NCBI GenBank assembly: GCA_046290225.1
Contig: JBKAGE010000034.1
Span: forward strand, 416,001 to 480,000
Origin: Bradymonadia bacterium
GTDB lineage: Bacteria > Myxococcota_A > Bradymonadia > UBA7976 > UBA1532
DNA length: 64,000 bases
Direction of reading: 5' to 3'
Numbering within the stretch: the first letter of the stretch is position 1; every line of letters starts with the position of its first letter. Positions 10,701 through 17,613 of this stretch are shown in pieces. The notes below the pieces were generated by a model. The model did not search any database and was not told the DNA's origin. It saw only the letters and a program-made list of their open reading frames with translations. The position numbers and the translations under genes were made by a program.

Positions 10701-11243
10701 TCAGGGCTGGGCTTTGAGGTGCTTCACCCGGGTGGTGACGTCGCTCAGGGATGCTCCCTCGACGGCGAGGGCCTCTCGGGCGTTCACCCCCACCAACTCC
10801 ACAGCGCCGAGGGGGCGCTCAAGCCAGACTTGTGCCCCTACCCGGCGGATGGAGAACTTGCCCTGAGCCATGCCGCGGGTACGCCACGCTGATTGACGGT
10901 TTGGTGTGGGGCGCTGCAGAAACAGGAGCACCTCTTCGCCCTGGGCAAAGCGGGCCATGCCGTCCACGCTCATCACGAGATCACCCACCTGACCGCCTAC
11001 GGTCTCCACGACCACCTCGGTCTCACAGGGGCCCACCAGGCAGGTGTCGATGGTGATTCGGGCCGAAGTGATGATCAGACCCTCGGACCATCGAGCCTTC
11101 ACCTCGGCCACCTGGCCGGTGATCACCCGATCTGCACCTGCGGTGAGATCTTCGAGATCCATGGCCTTGAGCGTGGCCCCTGAGGCTGCCCCACTCCAGA
11201 TCGTCAGGGCGCACACCGCACCGAGCAGACGCTTCCACATCAT
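10701..11243 (-). CDS. Secreted hypothetical protein, partner of the upstream matrixin
   Basis: Signal peptide MMWKRLLGAVCALTIWSGAASG; DLTAGADRVITGQV...GGQVG...GEEVLLFL...GMAQGKF; ATGA overlap with the matrixin stop codon. Confidence 0.7.
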   Translation of the reverse strand: MMWKRLLGAVCALTIWSGAASGATLKAMDLEDLTAGADRVITGQVAEVKARWSEGLIITSARITIDTCLVGPCETEVVVETVGGQVGDLVMSVDGMARFAQGEEVLLFLQRPTPNRQSAWRTRGMAQGKFSIRRVGAQVWLERPLGAVELVGVNAREALAVEGASLSDVTTRVKHLKAQP

Positions 11244-12112
11244 CGTGCACCTTCCTTCCGGCGACGGGTCAGGCCCGCCAGGGCCACCAGAGCCCAGAGG
11301 CTGGCACCGGCCCCTCCGGTGGACTCGCACCCACCGGCCTGATTGGTGAACCCTTCGTCCGCTGGGGCTGCTCCAGGGCTGCTGGAACCCCCGACCCTCT
11401 GCCCTCCGGAAGCGGGCGCCTGGCCCGGCTCATCAGCCTCCGGGGGCAGAGGGGGCGCCTGGACAGGGCTCTCCTCCGCTGAATCTCCTGGGTAGAGCGT
11501 CGAGATCGCTTCTTCGTCGGTGTGATGCAGATCACGCTTCTCGAGCTCACCGGGCGAAGCGCTGGGGTACATGGTGGCCTCGGGCTCGTCCGGCGCATGG
11601 CCGAGACCGAGCAGGTGGCCCACCTCGTGGGTCAGCGCGTTTTGCAGGTCGTTCTCCGCTTCACCGCCCATGCCCCAGTTGTAATGGGCCTCGTTCACGA
11701 TGATGTCGGCGTCCACCAGCTCTCCGTTGGAGGCGCGGTACACCGACACAGTGACCGCGAGGGCCTCCGGTGCATGAACCCAGGTGTCGCGGCTCCACGT
11801 CACCAGGTTGACGTTGCTGTCGGGGCGATCGGGATCGTAGCCAATGGTCAGATTGTCGGCCCGGCCCTGGTAGTTCATCTTCAGAGAAGTGCCGTCCGCA
11901 GTGGCCCATGCATCGAAGGCGTCATGGACCGCGTCGAGGGTCTTTACATCATCGACGTCCCGAGCGAGGGCGCCATCGATGACATAGTTCACCTGACCCT
12001 CAGGCCAGCGCAGCGGGACACCTTCGTCGGTGGTCTTGAACGAATAGGCATTCGCCGTAGAGGCCAGAGCCCCCAGCGCGCTGAGGGTCGTGATGACGGT
12101 GCGCCACGACAT
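11240..12112 (-). CDS. Matrixin (M10) family zinc metalloprotease with MYXO-CTERM-like sorting signal
   Basis: HEVGHLLGLGH, Met-turn ATMYP, DADIIVN; signal peptide; C-terminal GGC...LWALVALAGLTRRRK; GGAGGAG RBS before ATG 12112. Confidence 0.9.
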   Translation of the reverse strand: MSWRTVITTLSALGALASTANAYSFKTTDEGVPLRWPEGQVNYVIDGALARDVDDVKTLDAVHDAFDAWATADGTSLKMNYQGRADNLTIGYDPDRPDSNVNLVTWSRDTWVHAPEALAVTVSVYRASNGELVDADIIVNEAHYNWGMGGEAENDLQNALTHEVGHLLGLGHAPDEPEATMYPSASPGELEKRDLHHTDEEAISTLYPGDSAEESPVQAPPLPPEADEPGQAPASGGQRVGGSSSPGAAPADEGFTNQAGGCESTGGAGASLWALVALAGLTRRRKEGAR

Positions 12113-12148
12113 GATGTGCTCCTCCAAGTTGACTGCCAGCCCATAGGG

Positions 12149-12163
12149 GCAAGGGCTGTGCCA
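12149..12163 (-). promoter_or_regulatory. Sigma54 (-24/-12) promoter of the matrixin gene
   Basis: Minus strand reads TGGCACAGCCCTTGC, matching TGGCAC-N5-TTGC, 36 nt upstream of the ATG. Confidence 0.8.
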
Positions 12164-12201
12164 GGAAGGAAGCAACAGAAGATACGCAATCAAACACAAA
12201 T

Positions 12202-12214
12202 TAAACCACTGATT
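12202..12214 (-). promoter_or_regulatory. Putative IHF site
   Basis: Minus strand AATCAGTGGTTTA matches WATCARnnnnTTR and lies in an AT-rich patch just upstream of the sigma54 site. Confidence 0.55.
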
Positions 12215-12491
12215 TTAAACAAGAACACATATACCGACACAGCCCTCTTTCCCCGGGTCGAGGTTCACCCATGGGTCATCAACCCCTGACCCACCCCCAA
12301 AGGTTGCTCGGCGGTATTTCACCGGCTGGCAGAGGGGAGAGTTGCGCTCGAAATCCAATGCGAGGTTGAGTCGGAAGCCAAGGTGGGTACACTCCCCCCA
12401 AAGCGCGGCGAAGCCCTGTACTGCAGGGCTTCCAGAGGGCATGCCCTGAGGCGCGGGGAATACTTTTTTTCAACTTTCGAAAGATTTTCTG

Positions 12492-12520
12492 TTGACTGCC
12501 CCAGACCCCACACGTATAAA
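12492..12520 (+). promoter_or_regulatory. Sigma70-type promoter upstream of the small ORF and tRNA pair
   Basis: TTGACT-N17-TATAAA with an AT-rich upstream tract and a GC-rich discriminator (CCGCCCG). Confidence 0.7.
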
Positions 12521-12881
12521 CCGCCCGTCGCTGCGCTGGAGAGCCAGCCGACGATGCCTCCCCGCTCTGGTCAGCCTCGTGTTGATGGTGGGGATTGGTG
12601 ATGCACTCGCCAATCAGCATCTCGGTGTTCCACTCCCCGGCAGCGCACGAAAGCTCTCTGAAAATCGATTCAAAACCACCCAACGTTTCTGGGAAACGGT
12701 ACGGTGGATGGAGAATCAGTTCAGGAAGAAAAAGGGTCTTCGGGTTCGATTTATCAAGACGATCGACCTGCCTGACGTTGTGTCCGTCCATGCCAAGGCG
12801 CCGAAAGGCAGCACTGCATGGGAGAGCATCAACATCAGTGACTACGGCGGTTCGGTGAAGATTTTCATCATCGAACGTTAA
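12492..12881 (+). CDS. Small secreted hypothetical protein (start uncertain, probably downstream of 12520)
   Basis: Signal-like LPALVSLVLMVGIGDALA followed by a compact alpha/beta-looking sequence. Confidence 0.55.
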   Translation: MTAPDPTRINRPSLRWRASRRCLPALVSLVLMVGIGDALANQHLGVPLPGSARKLSENRFKTTQRFWETVRWMENQFRKKKGLRVRFIKTIDLPDVVSVHAKAPKGSTAWESINISDYGGSVKIFIIER

Positions 12882-12929
12882 GGAGTGGCCACTCAGGCAG
12901 CTCAACTCGAAGATTTGCTTTCATCTTGT

Positions 12930-13003
12930 TCGGGGATCGTCTAATGGCAGGACAGCGGGTTCTGATCCCGTCAGTCTAGGTTCGAGTCCTAGTCCCCGAG
13001 CCA
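12930..13003 (+). tRNA. tRNA-Gln (CTG)
   Basis: TCGGGGA/TCCCCGA acceptor stem, anticodon loop TTCTGAT, GGTTCGAGTCC T-arm, encoded CCA. Confidence 0.95.
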
Positions 13004-13007
13004 TTTT

Positions 13008-13079
13008 GGCCCGTTCGTCTAGCGGTTAGGACGCCGGCCTCTCACGCCGGTAACAGGGGTTCAAATCCCCTACGGGTCA
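13008..13079 (+). tRNA. tRNA-Glu (CTC)
   Basis: GGCCCGT/ACGGGTC acceptor stem, CCGGC-CTCTCAC-GCCGG anticodon arm, GGTTCAAATCC; CCA not encoded. Confidence 0.95.
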
Positions 13080-13099
13080 CTCCCTTTCGAGGGTATTTC

Positions 13100-13134
13100 G
13101 CCCCGAGTTGCTTTATGCAGCTCGGGGCTTTTTT
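13100..13134 (+). terminator. Intrinsic terminator after the tRNAs
   Basis: GCCCCGAGTTGC-TTTAT-GCAGCTCGGGGC followed by T6. Confidence 0.85.
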
Positions 13135-13161
13135 ATTCCGTGCACATTTTTATCCGTGCAC

Positions 13162-13186
13162 AAAAAAAGCGACCCAGGGGGTCGCT
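13162..13186 (-). terminator. Intrinsic terminator after ribA
   Basis: A7 followed by a GCGACC...GGTCGC hairpin, i.e. hairpin plus U-tract on the minus strand. Confidence 0.7.
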
Positions 13187-13221
13187 CTTCACCATTTGAG
13201 CAGGTGCGCGCCAGGCTGTCC

Positions 13222-13893
13222 TCAGCCTGCGTCAGACTCGATCTTGTCTTCGCCTGACTCGAGACCAAGCTCATCCGACTGGTACATGTGACGCATGCGA
13301 GCCCGCTTGGTCTCCATGTAGCCGTGATTGACGGGATTGATGCCGGTGATGAGGGGGACCCGGCCAGAGACGGTCACCCCAAGCGATTCGAGCCCCTCGA
13401 TCTTGAGCGGGTTGTTGGTCACCAGCTTCACACTCTTCACGCCAAGGGCTGCGAGCATGTCAGCGGCTGCGTCATAGCGACGCAGGTCTTCGTCAAAGCC
13501 CAACATCAAGTTTGCATCGACTGTGTCGGCCCCAGCCTCCTGAAGGTGGTAGGCCCGGATCTTGTTCCCAAGGCCAATCCCCCGCCCCTCCTGTCGCATG
13601 TACAACACGACACCGCGGCCTTCCTTCTGAATGAGGGCCATCGCCGCCATGAGCTGGGCATTGCAGTCGCACTTCAGGGATCCGAGGACCTCGCTGGTGA
13701 GGCACTCGGAATGTACGCGGGCCACGACATCTTCAGCACCACACAGATCACCCACGGAGATGGCGAGGTGCTCTTTGTCACCCTCCTTGAACACCCGAAC
13801 ATCGAACTCGCCGTGCTCGGTGGGCAAGCGGGTGTGGGCGTAGAATGGGGCGTGCTCGTTGTCCAATTCAGGCATCAGAACAGGCTTTTTCAC
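13222..13893 (-). CDS. ribA: GTP cyclohydrolase II
   Basis: RVHSECLT...SLKCDC, RQEGRGIGLGNKIRAY, TNNPLK. Confidence 0.95.
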   Translation of the reverse strand: MKKPVLMPELDNEHAPFYAHTRLPTEHGEFDVRVFKEGDKEHLAISVGDLCGAEDVVARVHSECLTSEVLGSLKCDCNAQLMAAMALIQKEGRGVVLYMRQEGRGIGLGNKIRAYHLQEAGADTVDANLMLGFDEDLRRYDAAADMLAALGVKSVKLVTNNPLKIEGLESLGVTVSGRVPLITGINPVNHGYMETKRARMRHMYQSDELGLESGEDKIESDAG

Positions 13894-14164
13894 GTAATGG
13901 CCTTTCTCGACCAGTGGCCACGAAGCGCTAGAGGCTACAGGCCCATGGTATGGGATTCAATCCCCCTCATATGCAGCCTCTGCATTGAGTCAGAGGTCAC
14001 CGGATGACATCCCATGGGAATCAACGCATGTCGGGAGACGTCTCGGTACAGAGATGCACGTGAGCCGGACTGGTCACCGATCTGTTGTAAGAGGTTGGCT
14101 ACATGTCGTGGGCTTGCTGACCGATGAGTTCAGAATATAAGGCGTTTTCTGGACTTCGCCCCAG

Positions 14165-14902
14165 GTGAAACACACAATGCCCCACATGCTGAAGACCGCA
14201 CCATCGCTGCTCGTCGCCCTCAGCGCTCTGCTGATGGTGGGCTGTGGTGCGCTTCAGCGACCCTCACGGCTGCGCCCACCGCCTCATCCACTCTTGGAAG
14301 CGGTGCCTTTTCCCGAGACTGGGCGACCTCGAATCCGGCCCCGTCGCAACCGCCCCAAGCCCACTCCTCCGGCAAAGGTCGTGGCAGCAAAGCCCCAGAA
14401 GAAGCCTCAGAAAAAGCCCGCTTCGAGGCCGCCAGCGTCTCGACCTCAGCCGAAAGCTCCGGCCGCTCGGTCTCCCGTGAAGATGGCTCGAATTCTCGCC
14501 CTGGAAGGTCGCCGCGAGATCGATGGTGCTCCGGCGAACGACAGCCGTCTGCTCAAGGCGGCATTCGATCTGGAGGCGAGACCCCGCGTCACGGGTGTCG
14601 GGCGACCGCTCGACGGCACAGAGCCCCCAAAGCCGGGAGATGTGGTGCTCTTCGCCGGAGAAGGATACGGGCCTCGGGCTGGTGTAGTGGTGAAAGTGGG
14701 CCGGGACGGACTGCTCGAGGCCCTGCTGGTGACCCGAGGCGCGGTCCGTCGCGTGGTGGCTGATCAAAGCCGACCGCACACGCGACGGGTGGGCGATCGC
14801 ATCCGCAACTCGTTCATCCGGCCACTGCGTCGTGGCGAGCGCCATGACAACCGAGTACTCGCCGGTCAGCTACTCGCCGGGTTCCGGCGCCTCGGCGATT
14901 GA
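14165..14902 (+). CDS. Lipoprotein with degenerate NlpC/P60-CHAP-like domain
   Basis: Lipobox LMVGC, P/K-rich linker, PKPGDVVLF...AGVV and C-terminal NSFIR...LAGQLLAGF. Confidence 0.5.
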   Translation: MKHTMPHMLKTAPSLLVALSALLMVGCGALQRPSRLRPPPHPLLEAVPFPETGRPRIRPRRNRPKPTPPAKVVAAKPQKKPQKKPASRPPASRPQPKAPAARSPVKMARILALEGRREIDGAPANDSRLLKAAFDLEARPRVTGVGRPLDGTEPPKPGDVVLFAGEGYGPRAGVVVKVGRDGLLEALLVTRGAVRRVVADQSRPHTRRVGDRIRNSFIRPLRRGERHDNRVLAGQLLAGFRRLGD

Positions 14903-15820
14903 GGCCGCAGCGAGCGCCACTCTACTCATGATCTCTCGGGCTCGAGGGTCGAGACCGCTGAGCGTGGCCACACGCCCCTCGCCTTCTTCAGTCAATTCGA
15001 TGGTGAGGGTCTGCTTCGGAAGAGAGACACCGAGGCGATCCGGCCACTCCATCACCACGATGCCCGCACCGCTGAGGTAGTCCTCGACACCAAGCCCCAT
15101 GGCTTCTTCAGGCTCGGACAACCGATAGAAGTCCATGTGATGGATTGGGCACCGACCGCCTTCATAGCTTTGAATGAGCGTGAAGGTGGGGCTGTTGACG
15201 TAGACGCCCTCGGGGACATCCACCCCGACAGCGAGACCTTGGGTCAGGGTGGTCTTGCCTGCGCCGAGGGTGCCCTGAAGCGCCAGGACGTCCCCTGGGC
15301 CGACGACGGCACCCACAGCTCGACCGAGGGCCCGGGTAGAGCCTGCATGGGGCAGTGCGATCTTCAAGGATCGCTGGCTCTGGCCGTACAGCGCCTTGCT
15401 CAGCCGCCTCAAGACCGGTTGATCTGCAGGGGGGAAGCCGAGCCTCATCAACTCATCAGCGCTGGCCCAGATCAGCTCTTCGGCTTCGAGGGGTTGGGGA
15501 TCTCCACTGACGATGCGGCACCGGAACACGAGCAGCACCACCTCTTTCGCACGCTCTGGATACAGGTGGTGGCCCACGGCGAAGATCTCCCCCACCTGCA
15601 CCACGACGCCCAGCTCTTCTTGGAGCTCGCGTACGAGGGCCTGCTCCGGGCTCTCACCCAGCTCGATCTTGCCCCCGGGAAACTCCCAATTGCTGGCGAG
15701 GTGGGTGCCCTGGGGTCGGCGGGTGACGAGAAACCGCCCCTCGGCCACCGGACCATCGAGATCAGCGCCGGGGCCCTCGATGAGACCCGCGGACACCACC
15801 ACCCGGGCGAGGGTGCTCAC
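14870..15820 (-). CDS. tsaE: Fusion of MutT-like NUDIX hydrolase and tRNA t6A ATPase TsaE
   Basis: NUDIX box WEFPGGKIELGESPEQALVRELQEELG, then GTLGAGKTT, VNSPTF, HMDFYRL and EWP in one 316-aa frame. Confidence 0.9.
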   Translation of the reverse strand: MSTLARVVVSAGLIEGPGADLDGPVAEGRFLVTRRPQGTHLASNWEFPGGKIELGESPEQALVRELQEELGVVVQVGEIFAVGHHLYPERAKEVVLLVFRCRIVSGDPQPLEAEELIWASADELMRLGFPPADQPVLRRLSKALYGQSQRSLKIALPHAGSTRALGRAVGAVVGPGDVLALQGTLGAGKTTLTQGLAVGVDVPEGVYVNSPTFTLIQSYEGGRCPIHHMDFYRLSEPEEAMGLGVEDYLSGAGIVVMEWPDRLGVSLPKQTLTIELTEEGEGRVATLSGLDPRAREIMSRVALAAASIAEAPEPGE

Positions 15821-16098
15821 GCGGTGAAGCCCGCCCGACTGCGGGTCTGGGCCTCTCGCTTGAGGCGAAGGCCCAACACGGCTTCATAGGGCAGGCAGTA
15901 GCGCTCATCGGTGGTGGTCAGCTCCAGCCAGCCCTCACCGAGGTGCACCGTGCTCACTCGACCGATGGTGGCAGGCCCGCCGCTCTGGCTGGCGAGCAGG
16001 ATCGCCAGCTGTGCTTCGGCGGGGGCGGTGTAGGTGTCGCCGTCTTGGGTGAGCTCGGACTGGCCGCCGAGCATCTGGGCGAGACTCTCTCGATTCAT
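15817..16098 (-). CDS. Small hypothetical protein
   Basis: ATG 16098 after GGGGAGGAG; 93 aa, beta-rich, ends RAGFTA; 4-nt overlap with the mutT-tsaE start. Confidence 0.6.
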   Translation of the reverse strand: MNRESLAQMLGGQSELTQDGDTYTAPAEAQLAILLASQSGGPATIGRVSTVHLGEGWLELTTTDERYCLPYEAVLGLRLKREAQTRSRAGFTA

Positions 16099-16102
16099 GG
16101 GT

Positions 16103-17545
16103 CTACTCCTCCCCTTCTGAAGAGACGGGGTTGCGATCACATCTGCGCACACACAGCTCAGCCTGAACGTTGCCGTTCTCGTCGGCAAGTTCGACACAAG
16201 AATAGCCCTGGGGGCACTCGTTCGGCGCCTCGCCACACGGCTCGAAGCAGAAGTCGCCGATGGGGTTCTCCTCTTCGTCCTGCAAGCTCAAGCAGCGACG
16301 GGGCATCCCACCACACGCGTTCTCATCCTGAGGATCACACCCGGGCTCGCAGTGCACCCCAGGGGCCTCGATGCACTGAGCGTTGGGCTGATCGCACACC
16401 TGGCCGAAGGCGCACTGGTAGTTGGCCACGCAGCCACGCTCCACACAGGTGCCGTTCTCACAAGCCTTGGTGGCGTCGAGGCAGTCTTCGTCTCGCTGAC
16501 AACCGGAGACGCACATGAGGGCGTCGGTATCGCAGTAGGTCTCGGGCTCGAGACATTCGGCGCTCGACAGGCACCCACCGGGGATCCGGCAGCGGCCGTC
16601 GGGCTCGCACATGGCGCCCTCCGGGCAGTCTTCAGGGCCCTGACACGGAGGCTGGCACCGCAGGTTCTGGCAAAGCTGGCCGTTGGGGCACTCGGCATCC
16701 TCAGCGCAGCCTCGCTGGCAGTACAGCTGGTCGTTACAGAAGCGGCCCTCGGGGCAGTCGATGTCGTTCGCGCAGTCGCCGGGCTGGCTGCACTCACCCC
16801 CTCGGGGCACGCAGGCGCTCACTCCGGGCTCCACCTCCCGACACTCGAAACCCGGGCCGAGCTGATCACAAGCGCCCTGAGCCTCGCACCCCCGCAGGCA
16901 GTGCGTCTGAGCAGCGGCGCCCACTGGGAAGCAGACATCGGTCCGGCGCTCGCAAGGGTTGTAGGGCGCAAGGCCGGCCCCACCCTGAGAGGTGTCAGGG
17001 CACCGGCCACAGGGCAACACCCGCTGGCGGCACTGGCCCGCGCAGGGATCACAATATGCATCCACGGCGCACTGCAGATCGCGCTCGCACGGGTTGCCAG
17101 TCAGAGGCTCACAGACCCCACGACAATTGCACACGCTGCCCTCGGCGCACGTGCCGCCGTCGCCACAGGCAGGCAAGGGCTGGCACAGACCAGAAGGATC
17201 ACAAATCTCGCGAGGGCCGCACTCGAAGTCAGCGGCGCATGCAGCTCGACACACACCTGCGTCGACGTCACAGCGAGATCCCGCAGGGCAGCCTTCGTCA
17301 CCCACACACGAAGCGCCACCACCGCCAGCGCCGCCCATGGCGCCGCCAGCGCCGCCACCTTCACCCGCAGCGCCCCCGGCGCCACCACCAGCGCCACCAC
17401 CAGTGCCACCAGCAGCTCCGCTTGGTCCGCCTGCAGCAGCACCCGTGCCTCCAGCACCGGCGCTCCCACCGTCATCATCACAGGCCACGAGGGCGAGGCA
17501 AAGGGCCACCAGGGGCATCAGGCGCAGGGGCCTCAGAGCATGCAT
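16103..17545 (-). CDS. Cys-rich repeat lipoprotein
   Basis: Lipobox LVAC, Gly/Ala linker, more than ten CxxDxxCxxGxxC-type repeats. Confidence 0.8.
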   Translation of the reverse strand: MHALRPLRLMPLVALCLALVACDDDGGSAGAGGTGAAAGGPSGAAGGTGGGAGGGAGGAAGEGGGAGGAMGGAGGGGASCVGDEGCPAGSRCDVDAGVCRAACAADFECGPREICDPSGLCQPLPACGDGGTCAEGSVCNCRGVCEPLTGNPCERDLQCAVDAYCDPCAGQCRQRVLPCGRCPDTSQGGAGLAPYNPCERRTDVCFPVGAAAQTHCLRGCEAQGACDQLGPGFECREVEPGVSACVPRGGECSQPGDCANDIDCPEGRFCNDQLYCQRGCAEDAECPNGQLCQNLRCQPPCQGPEDCPEGAMCEPDGRCRIPGGCLSSAECLEPETYCDTDALMCVSGCQRDEDCLDATKACENGTCVERGCVANYQCAFGQVCDQPNAQCIEAPGVHCEPGCDPQDENACGGMPRRCLSLQDEEENPIGDFCFEPCGEAPNECPQGYSCVELADENGNVQAELCVRRCDRNPVSSEGEE

Positions 17546-17613
17546 GAACTCGGGGGAACTCACGGAGAGCGTCTCCTCGTCGGTGGGGTAGAGGGCCACG
17601 GCGGCCCGGGGGA

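Noticed and set aside
12930..13220. tRNA-anchored genomic island
   Set aside because: No integrase and no duplicated tRNA 3' end found in the window.
13894..14164. FMN riboswitch upstream of ribA
   Set aside because: No recognisable FMN aptamer core (AGGGC.GGGTGAAATTCCC.ACCG) on the minus strand.
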